In this document: in pieces, positions 27,283 to 64,000 of the stretch
Layout: every line of letters starts with the position of its first letter
How positions within the stretch are numbered: position 1 is the first letter of the stretch
Assembly (NCBI GenBank): GCA_051362555.1
Contig: CM120648.1
Coordinates: 17,976,587-18,040,586 of the forward strand
Direction of reading: 5' to 3'
Length of the DNA: 64,000 nucleotides
From: Lingula anatina
Lineage: Eukaryota; Animalia; Brachiopoda
Position numbers and translations under genes: made by a program
The notes under the pieces: generated by a model
The model's database searches: none
What the model was told of the DNA's origin: nothing
The model's input: only the letters and a program-made list of their open reading frames with translations

Positions 27283-27530
27283 GTAAATAAACACACTGGA
27301 CAAAAGAAGTGTCACCCCCTGCAGAGTAATGAAAGTTATAATGCCTGGGTCTACTCTTAATATGACTATTGAGTATAAAACCGCTGTACTATGGAATTGT
27401 ATTTTTTTTTTTTTTTTATTTTTTTTTTGTGTGAATTTTGATGTTTATAAAATGATACCAGGAGCATATCATTCCAGAGTCATTTATCTCCCCAAAGTAT
27501 TGGTTCACTTCTATTGTCCAGTGTGTGTAA

Positions 27531-27566
<36 letters not shown>

Positions 27567-27764
27567 ATAATAATAATAATAATAAATAAATAAAAATAAA
27601 AGAAAAATAAATCAAAATAAAATAAAATAAAAATCACTGTTACAGGTGATAATTGTGATGAGAAATATTAGTTTTACGCATATCTGTTTTATCTGATATT
27701 AAATAATCATTTTTCAGTTACCTTTGTACGGTATTTCTTTTGCGCGTCTATAGTTTTGCTATGA

Positions 27765-27850
27765 AAAAAATACCGGAAGTCGTGTTGCGCAAAGGATTAT
27801 GGTCTATATGAATGAGGCGCCATTTTCTTCAACAAATAGGAAGTAACAGG
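27765..27850 (+). promoter_or_regulatory. Probable proximal promoter of the ROCO gene
   Basis: ETS CCGGAAGT (27773), C/EBP-type palindrome TTGCGCAA (27785), YY1 GCGCCATTTT (27817) and a second AGGAAGT, 180-250 bp upstream of the ATG. Confidence 0.55.
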
Positions 27851-28025
27851 ACGGAGATTGTGGGATAATGTTGAACATATTTGACAAAGAAAGAGATATG
27901 ATCTGACCGACTTGTAGGTATATGGAGCAAGTGTTTATGTTACTGTGATCTCCAAGCTGCAGCACCAGAAGTGAACATAAAGTTTAGCAATCGCTGACAG
28001 AAATATTACAGGATCTACTGTCGGA

Positions 28026-54578
<26,553 letters not shown>

Positions 54579-54724
54579 AACTATGTGTACAGTATTTGAC
54601 AGTATGTGTCAAGATTGTTTATGCTATTTGGGTCACCGTGGACTAAGAACCTATGGTGTATTGCCACATATATTGACATCAGACAAATAAAGTGACTCTC
54701 TGTATTTACTGATTTTGAACAAGC

Positions 54725-55090
54725 TTGCTGTTAAACTACAGTGAGGAAGACGTTTATATTTGCAGTTCAGCATCAACTGTGACCCTAACTTTTAACAGGA
54801 AGATGACAGAAATTTTAAGCAAAACCCATTGGCCCATGAAACCATCAGTACTGTTAGGGGACTTCAATGTTGATTTGTCTTACAGTAGATCTAGAGCTCC
54901 TACAACCTCTGTTTATGTTCCACTTTTATAATACCACCAACAAGTCATTGTCTCACCAACATTGAGGGATATCAAAGACACACTAGTGTTTATGACCATT
55001 TTTTTATGTACAAGATGTAAAACCAGTAGAAACAGGTACACTGCACCTTTTACATTGCCACATGTGATCCTGTATATGCTATTATACCCA
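54725..55090 (+). pseudogene. Decayed AP-endonuclease (EEP) fragment, Helentron or LINE type
   Basis: PSVLLGDFNVDL, then QVIVSPT, DHFF and VETGTL...DPVYAII in shifting frames. Confidence 0.5.
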
Positions 55091-55411
55091 TCTGTTTAAA
55101 CTAGCTTATAAATTACTCCTTTAGTTCATTCCCACAAACAAAAATTTGTAAAAAGCACTGTATATATGTTAAAAAGCATCCATATGTATTTTATGTAAAT
55201 ATATTCTGATAATGTCAACACCATGTAATTTATGTAAATATATCCCCTTAAAGATGGCAACACTACAAATACGTGGGAAGGTGTTTTAATATGTAAAAGA
55301 ATAGTTTGTAAAGTATAGTTTGATAATTTTACTAGTGTATGCATGTAAGTCCATTTATTATTTTGATATTATTCAAGGTGGATGTTTTTATATGACGTAT
55401 TGTATTAAATT

Positions 55412-58400
55412 ATTGTACCACCAGAGTTAGCGCTGGCGGTACACATGGTTTCGGTCCCGTCCGGATCGTTCCGCCGGCTCCGCCGGACGGCTACCGTTAC
55501 CGCTTCTCCTCCTAGACGGTAAGGGCCCCCGTACCCATCTCTTGAATTTAGGTCACCAATAATCTCAACTAATTCCACGTAAAATTTGGGCTTTGTCGGT
55601 ATTGGGGTCTAGGTGTGGCACTCATTGCAATGCACCCTTGTCTAAAAATGGCAAAAGTAAATGCTAATTATCTACCCTACGGAAGGAATTATGGGAAAAA
55701 TTTCTACAGACGGCTTTCCAAAAGTCACATGTGTAGATTTCAAATATGCCCTTGGATTTGACCTTTGACCTTTATTTCAAGGTCAAACGGGCCAAAATTT
55801 TCAAAAAAATTAATTTTTTACGGAAAAAAAATTAATTGCCCTGTTATTCAGACACCACACAGACTTAACCAAAAATATTATTGGGAGTTGTTACCCTTCA
55901 GGTCATCTTTCATCTCCGTGAATTTGGGGTCAATCGGTGCATTTTCACGGGAGTAGCGGCCATAAGATACCGAAACTGAAAACTGTCTCTAATTCAGGAA
56001 CCGTTAACGCTAGAGACCCATTCTTTTTTGCATTTTGTAGAGCATGTAAAGCCCAACACAAAGTGTGGTCTCCGTTTTTTTGTATTCCATACGGTTTTCG
56101 AGTTACGCTGTATCAAAAAGTACATATTGGTGGTGAAAGCAAAATGTGCAGTACGGTAATGGATAATAAATTTTGAACTCCAGAAAAAAAATATATAAGG
56201 CTTGGCAAAGCAGACAACTCATGGTCAAAAATAACAGTATTTCATCAAATTTGAACTTCTGGAACTTCAGAGCACCTCCCATTTCAAGAATTTTGACCAA
56301 AATTACCTTTTCTTTATTTTAATTAATTTTTTTCTGTAGGAAATTTATGGCACATTATGGTAACTCCAAAATTATAACATTTAGTCCCTTATATCTCCAA
56401 AACTGGAAGAGATAGGTCCATAGTTACTATTGAAGTTGAATAGAAAGTCATATACTGGCAATCTTACTGTGACCTTGAAATTGACCTTTGACCTACTTTT
56501 CACCATGAACTGAACTTTGCAAATTTTGCTTCCCTTTTATCTCCAAAACTGGCAGAGATATGTCCATAGTAACTATTGAACTTGAATAGGAAGTCATATA
56601 CTGGCAATCTAAATGTGTCCTTAAAATTGACCTTTGACCTACTTTTCACCATGAACTGAACTTTGCAAATTTTGCTTCCCTTTTATCTCCAAAACTGGCA
56701 GAGATAGGTCCATAGTTACTATTGAACTTGAATAGGAAATCATATACTGGCAATCTAAATGTGACCTTGAAATTGACCTTTGACCTACTATTCACCATGA
56801 ACTGAACTTTGCAAATTTTGCTTCCCTTTTATCTCCAAAACTGGCAGAGATAGGTCCATAGTTACTATTGAACTTGAATAGGAAGTCATATACTGGCAAT
56901 CTTACTGTGATCTTGAAATTGATCTTTGACCTACTTTTCACTATGAACTGAACTTTGCAAATTTTGCTTCCCTTTTATCTCCAAAACTGGCAGAGATATG
57001 TCCATAGTTACTATTGAAGTTGAATAGGAAATCATATACTGGCAATCTTACTGTGACCTTTAAATTGACCTTTGACCTACTTTTCACCATGAACTGAACT
57101 TTGCAAATTTTGCTTCCCTTTTATCTCCAAAACTGGCAGAGATATGTCCATAGTTACTATTGAACTTGAATAGGAAGTCATATACTGGCAATCTAAATGT
57201 GTCCTTAAAATTGACCTTTGACCTACTTTTCACCATGAACTGAACTTTGCAAATTTTGCTTCCCTTTTATCTCCAAAACTGGCAGAGATAGGTCCATAGT
57301 TACTATTGAACTTGAATAGGAAATCATATACTGGCAATCTAAATGTGACCTTGAAATTGACCTTTGACCTACTATTCACCATGAACTGAACTTTGCAAAT
57401 TTTGCTTCCCTTTTATCTCCAAAACTGGCAGAGATAGGTCCATAGTTACTATTGAACTTGAATAGGAAGTCATATACTGGCAATCTTACTGTGATCTTGA
57501 AATTGATCTTTGACCTACTTTTCACTATGAACTGAACTTTGCAAATTTTGCTTCCCTTTTATCTCCAAAACTGGCAGAGATATGTCCATAGTTACTATTG
57601 AAGTTGAATAGGAAATCATATACTGGCAATCTTACTGTGACCTTTAAATTGACCTTTGACCTACTTTTCACCATGAACTGAACTTTGCAAATTTTGCTTC
57701 CCTTTTATCTCCAAAACTGGCAGAGATAGGTCCATAGTTACTATTGAAGTTGAATAGGAAGTCATATACTGGCAATCTAAATGTGACCTTAAAATTTATC
57801 TTTGACCTTCTTTTCACCATGAACTGAACTTTGTAAATTTTGCTTCCCTTTTATCTCCAAAACTGGCAGAGATAGGTCCATAGTTACTATTGAACTTGAA
57901 TAGGAAGTCATATACTGGCAATCTAAATGTGACCTTAAAATTGACCTTTGACCTACTTTTCACCATGAACTGAACTTTGTAAATTTTGCTTCCCTTTTAT
58001 CTCCAAAGTTACGCTGTATCAAAAAGTACATATTGGTGGTGAAAGCAAAATGTGCAGTACGGTAATGGATAATAAATTTGGAACTCCAGAAAAATAAAAC
58101 ATATGGCTTGGCAAAGCAGACAACTCATGGTCAAAAATGACATTATATCATCAAATTTGAACATCTCGAACTTCAAGACACTTCCCATTTCAAGAATTTT
58201 GACCAAAATTACCTTTTCTTTATTTTAATTAATTTTTTCTGTACGAAATTTATGGCACATTATGGTAACTCCAAAATTATAACATTTAGTCCCTTATATC
58301 TCCAAAACTGGCAAAGATAGGTCCATAGTTACTATTGAAGTTGAATAGGAAGTCATATACTGGCAATCTTACTGTGACCTTGAAATTGACCTTTGACCTA

Positions 58401-58904
58401 CTTTTCACCATGAACTGAACTTTGCAAATTTTGCTTCCCTTTTATCTCCAAAACTGGCAGGGATATGTCCATAGTTACTATTGAAGTTGAATAGGAAGTC
58501 ATATACTGGCAATCTTACTGTGACCTTGAAATTGACCTTTGACCTACTTTTCACCATGAACTGAACTTTGCAAATTTTGCTTCCCTTTTATCTCCAAAAC
58601 TGGCAGAGATAGGTCCATAGTTACTATTAAACTTGAAAAGGAAATCATATACTGGCAATTTACTGTGACCTTGAAATTGACCTTTGACCTACCTTACGAT
58701 GAATTTACTTTGATTGTACCATTTTAAATTATATATATTTTTTGCATATTTTGAAAATTCTTGTTGATTGCATTTTTACAGCTTGTCAAGCACAAGACTA
58801 GTGGCTGTGTCCCTTACTTTGTGTATGTGGGGGTCTATACGAATGCGCTTGCTCCAGCTGGTGGTACAATATTCGGAGGCGGTATCGCCTCTCTGATCCT
58901 CTAG
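55412..58904 (+). mobile_element. Helentron-associated non-autonomous element, copy 2, with about 14 x 146-bp units and an internal duplication
   Basis: Collinear with 35127-36910 plus 43491-44175; ends gaggcggtatcgcctc hairpin and ctagt; 58007-58300 repeats 56102-56400. Confidence 0.85.
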
Positions 58905-59014
58905 TATTTACAAGGGCACTGTATATATGTAGAAAGTTTTGATAAGCACTTTATGTTAATATATATTCCCTCAAAGAAGACAGCACCACAGATATTTATC
59001 AGGCCTACCCAACT

Positions 59015-59953
59015 ACCAGACTCGGCACATAAGGGTCCTGGGGCCGGTTTCACAAAGCAGTAGTTAGTTAGCGATCGGTAGTTAGCCTCTCGCTAGTTAT
59101 AGTGCCGTTTCACGAAGCAGTCGCTAGTTCTCTCGCTCGTTATTGTCTCGTTGTTGCCTTGGATATTTAACGACTGGTCAGACCAGTCGCTAACTCTAGA
59201 GTTTCATCGTACGCATGCGTAATGAGTGAAATAAAAAGGTTGCTTAGTTACCGTTGTCTGTTGTTTGTCTTTGTATCCAATATGGCGGCTACTTTTCTTG
59301 CTATCCGTACCGCCAGACGGCAACGTAGACTACGACGTTTTCATGAAAGGCAGAATCTATTAGAATATACACACGATGATGCAATTTACGAGAGGTTGCG
59401 CCTAGCTGTGACAAAAAGAGCGGCAAAAAGGTGGTGGAGATCCTTTACGACGACCTCAAAGCAGACGTACTTATGCATTTTCAGCCACCAAAAATTGGAG
59501 AGTTAGTGCTTTCGTAACACTTTTACGCAAGAGTTCCACTTCCGGCAGACGGTTTCGAGACTACGGTGAGTAACGAGAGAACTAACGACCGAACTTTACG
59601 ACTGAACTTAGCGATAAGTTAACTACTGCTTCGTGAAACACCCCTCGAAAATCGCTAAGTTTGCTCGTTAGCGAGGTAGTTCAGTAGTTAGTTGTTCTAA
59701 CTAACTACTGCTTTGTGAAACCGGCCCCTGAATTAACCGGTATATCGGACCACACTACCCGTTTTCAAAGGTGTGTGTCAGATCGCATTTCGGAGTATCA
59801 GTCAGAACACTGACAGGATGAGCCTGCAGTCGTCCTACAAAATTTGTTCTGGGGTATGATACTCCAAAATGCAATATGACACACACCTTGAAAACGGGTA
59901 GTGTGGTCTGATATACCGGTTAATTCAGGTTTCTATCATGTGCCGAGTCTGGT
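59015..59953. mobile_element. Palindromic MITE (accagactcggcacat arms) interrupted by a Harbinger element
   Basis: accagactcggcacat...atgtgccgagtctggt; long inner inverted repeat 59728-59930. Confidence 0.8.
59041..59727 (+). mobile_element. PIF/Harbinger deletion derivative, 3-bp TSD CTG
   Basis: ctg|gggccggtttcacaaagcagtagttagttag...ctaactaactactgctttgtgaaaccggccc|ctg; retains a HARBI1-like N-terminus MAATFL...RRFHERQNLLEYTHDDAIYERLRL from 59282. Confidence 0.88.
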
Positions 59954-61758
59954 ACAGGTATGATATTATAGTATACTTTGTTCTCATTCACAGAGTATAG
60001 ATTGACAGATATCTTAACTTGCTTGTTTATGTATAAAAGTTCATCAATTAGTTTTACATTACCCGTTGTAGATATTTGAATATTTAAATTTTTTTGTATT
60101 CTTTAACACTGTATATGTGTAAAAAGTTTTAATATGTAAGTTAAGTAAATGTATTCAGTCAACAATATGAACATCATATATCATATCTTTCTTCAGTATA
60201 TTTATATATTCCCTCAAAGATGTCAACAGCATAAATATATATGTATATGGAAAGATGTTACAATACGGAACATATTGAATGTATTTGATCTAATATGAAC
60301 ATACATGTACATTTATGTATATTAGTTCATTAATTAGTTTTAGATTATTCATGGCTTACCATAAATATATACGGAAAGATGGTTCAATATCCAGCATATG
60401 TTAAGATACTATAAGGTCACTTACAGAGAACTTAGATTGAAAGATGTTTTAATTTAATAGCTATTGTACGGGTGTGTATACGACTTCATTTATCAGTTTT
60501 AGGTTAATTATGTGGCTTTTGCAAAATTACCACAATATGGACCTTGCAAATAAACTAATTTCTAATTCAAGTTGTCTTACTTGTATCTTTAAAATATAGG
60601 CCTTTATATCGCCTTTCTTTTATGATACTTTATAAAAGCAAATTTATTTATTTAAAGAAAGGGAGGGTTGCAGATGTCAGCCACTGAAAATGATAACACT
60701 TCAATACAACATAATAGTCAAAATTGCTGCCCAGATCACAGTGCTAAAACGTATTTTGATAGAAAACAATCCTCAGAGAGACCACTAGCCTCCAAAAGCA
60801 AAGCATATGTTCACCGTGATACAGTTGCTATAAAAGGTAATTCAAATGCAGTCTAAGAGAATATCTTATTCCAATAAACTCTATATCTGGGTACCAATGT
60901 GTCATTTGCCCAATATCTAAAGTAGCCTCAATTCCCAGATATCTTCAGAGAGAGAGTAGAGCGTTTACCTCTGCTTTATAAACACTGAAACCTCTTATTT
61001 TAACTTCTTCAAATTTTAGTTTCCTGTAAACAACACAGATACGGGGAATTTATATAAAATAATAATAAAAAAACAAACATAATACTCGCATAAATAAAAA
61101 ATACACATTTGATGATCTGTAGAAAATAAAGAGCCTAAAACAGTCATATGGCAACTGGCTGAAAAACGTAACGTCATGGCGGTTATTTGAAACTTTTCAG
61201 TGAGTCCGCGTCACGAAGTAGCGCCGTTTCTGGACATCTGCGATGGCTGACGTGAAAAACCGTACCTTGCAAATAAAATCCTTTTAATAACAAACCAGGG
61301 CGTTTTGAGTTGTGATTTTGTAAAGATAATAAGAAAAGTTCATGTTATTACTCAAGATTTCAAAGGATTACTGAAACATCCACAAATTAAAATGAAATAT
61401 GTTCACGATTTTGAATTTATGAAAAAAAATCGGTTTATAAATGACTCTCGTAGGGGGTGGGACTATATTGCGAGAAAAAAGTTGCCAGCCTGAATTTTTT
61501 CATTTTTAGATATGAGTTAAAATATCATCCAAAGTTTAAGATTTTGAAGGGAATAGTTTGCACACTCTCTAGTATGGTCACACGGTTCCCTAATCCAATA
61601 TTCAACTAAAAATCTTGAAAAAAAAATGGCGCTTCTCGATACCTCTGCCAAACTATGAATTTTTTCTATCTAAAAACCGTTAAAGGTTACACATTTTATT
61701 CACATTTAATTGAAACTAACCTGAAATCGATGCTGAATCGCATACATCCAGTTTGAAC

Positions 61759-63381
61759 TGTCATATACGTCTTGGCCTAAAGCGCCACCTGTGAGTAGTT
61801 ACAGAAGTATGAGAATAAAAAGACACGTGTGAATTAGCGTGTTCGTCTTTATTTGACATGGTGTCAGAAGTGGGATCAGAAGTGCCGTGAAAAATCGGAC
61901 TGAACTATCTCTAGGGGTACTAGAGAGAGAGAGGAAACTCAAATCCATTGACGTAATGGCTAAATTCCATCCTCCGGAGAACTTTAGGTTTCACGCGCCA
62001 AACGAGTGGCCGGAATGGCGCCAACGCTTCATCCGATATAGGCAGGCCACTAAACTGGACTCGGAGGCAGGGGGAATTCAAGTATCTGCTCTGATTTATG
62101 CTATGGGAAAGGATGCAGAACAAATATTTTCTACCTTTAAGCTATCCACAGCAGATGCTACGGCAGAAAATTCAGAAGGTGAGCCCGAGGCAGAGAATTT
62201 TGACGTTGTTATTGCTAAGTTTGACGAGTATTTCATTCCACGAAGGAATATTATTCATGAAAGGGCAAGATTCCGTCAACGCCGACAGATACCTGGAGAA
62301 TCAGTTGAGACTTTTTATAGAAACTTAGTGGAACTTTCAGAAAATTGTGAATTCACCAACAAGGAGGAAGAGATAAGAGATGCTATTGTAATTGGAATCG
62401 CCGACAGAAATTGCTCATTAAAACTCCAATTAAAAGCCGACTTGACCCTGAAAACAGCATTAGAGATTGTTCGCAGTATGGAACTGATCAAATTACAAAA
62501 CAGTACTAATCCAAGTGTTGCAAACGTGAGTGAAGTGGAGAAAGGAAATAGACAAGCCAGAGGTAAACCCAGAGGTCAAAACAGCCAACAAAGAGGTCAG
62601 CCCAGACGATGTGGACAATGTAATCATATACTAGACCACAGACATGCATCATGCCCAGCACAAAACAAAAAGTGTAATAAATGCCATAGAATTGGACACT
62701 TTGGTGTCGTGTGTCTCGTACTTTTAAAAGCAGTGCTAGTAAACAAATGGGTAGTGTTCATGAAGTTATTGCAGATGACATTGATGATGTAGAATGTTTC
62801 CTTGGATCATTGTTTACAGAGAATAGTAGTAATGATTCAGAATGGAATGTTAAACTAGACATGAATGGTCAGTCTGTAGATTTCAAAATAGATACAGGGG
62901 CAGATACCAGTGTAATTAGTAAGGCAATGTATGAAAGTCTAAAGCCAAGTCCCACACTCTCTCCCACCACAGTAGTGTTGAATAGTCCAGGTGGAAAATT
63001 AACCAACATTGGCAAGTTTGTAGCAAAAACAAAATTTAAAGAAAAAAATGTATACATTTACTGTACATGTTGTCAGAGAGAATGTGAGTAACTTGCTTGG
63101 AAGAAGTGCTTGTGTTGACATGGGTTTAGTAACTAGAGTGTTACAGGCAGATTCAGTTGGTACACTTAAGAGTGACCCAGTACATATTAAGTTGAAAGAT
63201 AGTGCAAAACCATGCATATAGTGTTAGTGCAACCAGACGAGTCCCAATTCCATTGTTACCAAAAGTCAATGCAGAACTAGAACGTATGGAAAAGGCAGGT
63301 GTTATTGAGAAAGTAACTGACCCGGTTGAGTGGTGTGCACCCATGGTTCCAGTTGTGAAACCTAATGGTGATGTGCGCATA
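61759..63381 (+). mobile_element. Gypsy/Ty3 (Mag-like) LTR retrotransposon: 100-bp 5' LTR, tRNA-Leu PBS, frameshifted gag-pro-RT start
   Basis: LTR tgtca...tgaca 61759-61858 with AATAAA; PBS tggtgtcagaagtgggat; Gag from ATG 61956 with two Cys/His knuckles; protease FKIDTGAD; RT start WCAPMVPVVKPNGDVRI; several frameshifts. Confidence 0.93.
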
Positions 63382-64000
63382 CAGTGGTCGGAATAATTTT
63401 GTTTCCGTTGTACACCGGTGTAACAACGTTCGAAATGTTTTAATCCCTATCTTGTGAATAGAAGGGGGCGGACAAACAATGGAGGGCCGTATAAATCCCT
63501 TCAAAATTCGAACGCACAAACACAATAGCTTAGGTGGAATAACACAATACTTAATACGAGTGAACCCCATGACGCCGGTATCTGTGGCCCAGCGCGAGCG
63601 TGACAATCCGCTGTAACTAGGTGTAATTAACAGCAGGATACATCAGCCAGAAGGTCCCTATTGTTTGTTGCGGCGATAGGATTATAGCTTGAAGAGGCTA
63701 AACCCATGCTAAGGTGTGCCACGCGAAGCGAACTGTCCTTTTGTTCACTAGTTTGGCACGCGCAGCTGGTTTTTAGTGTTGCTAACAAACTGCTAGTTAA
63801 ATTTGTTGTCAGTTATTTCATCCTATATGAAATTTCCGCAGTCAAAAATTGAACTAATTATTGTTTGTTTGGTTGAAATGCATGAGCGTCAGCATCAATC
63901 TGTCTCAAAAAATTCCTATTGCATTAATTTATAAATGTATAATTTATTTATGTACTTACGTTTTAATTTGAAATATCTGCATTCAAGCGTTCAAGTATTT
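63382..64000. mobile_element. CAGT-ended, TA-targeting DNA element inserted into the Gypsy RT, continuing beyond the window
   Basis: The RT frame breaks at cgcaTA|cagtggtcgg; sequence is homologous to the reverse complement of 12200-12766. Confidence 0.82.

Noticed and set aside
27410-27640. Low-complexity ORFs over A/T runs
   Set aside because: Simple poly-A and (AAT)n sequence.
62700-62730. Programmed gag-pol frameshift
   Set aside because: No slippery heptamer is evident, and further frameshifts downstream indicate decay.

Overview
AT-rich, intron-rich animal genomic DNA; a marine invertebrate such as a lophotrochozoan is likely, but that is inferred from repeat and gene style only. Two host genes diverge. 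On the minus strand are the first three coding exons of an HSD11B1L-like short-chain dehydrogenase (ATG 18000; exons 17910-18000, 1013-1143, 604-705), which the ORF track largely misses. On the plus strand is a complete 19-exon gene (28026-54578) that I spliced by hand with GT-AG junctions and consistent phases into an uninterrupted ORF of about 2145 aa. Its architecture is NHL beta-propeller, Roc GTPase split by four micro-exons, COR, ZU5, UPA, Q/N-rich repeat, synaptotagmin-like C2A, Q/N-rich repeat, Death-like, CARD. It looks like a mosaic ROCO-type immune or cell-death receptor built by exon shuffling, and the shuffling footprints are still visible. This is the main candidate for an undescribed system. 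The rest is densely nested transposon DNA: CCC-ended elements with 2-bp TSD and an inversion bounded by their termini, Helentron-like elements with a 146-bp satellite, a ZNF862-type hAT with 6-bp TSD, piggyBac, Harbinger and TA-targeting MITEs, an L2/CR1 fragment, and a Gypsy element with a 100-bp LTR. All domain calls are by-eye motif recognition; no database search was run.
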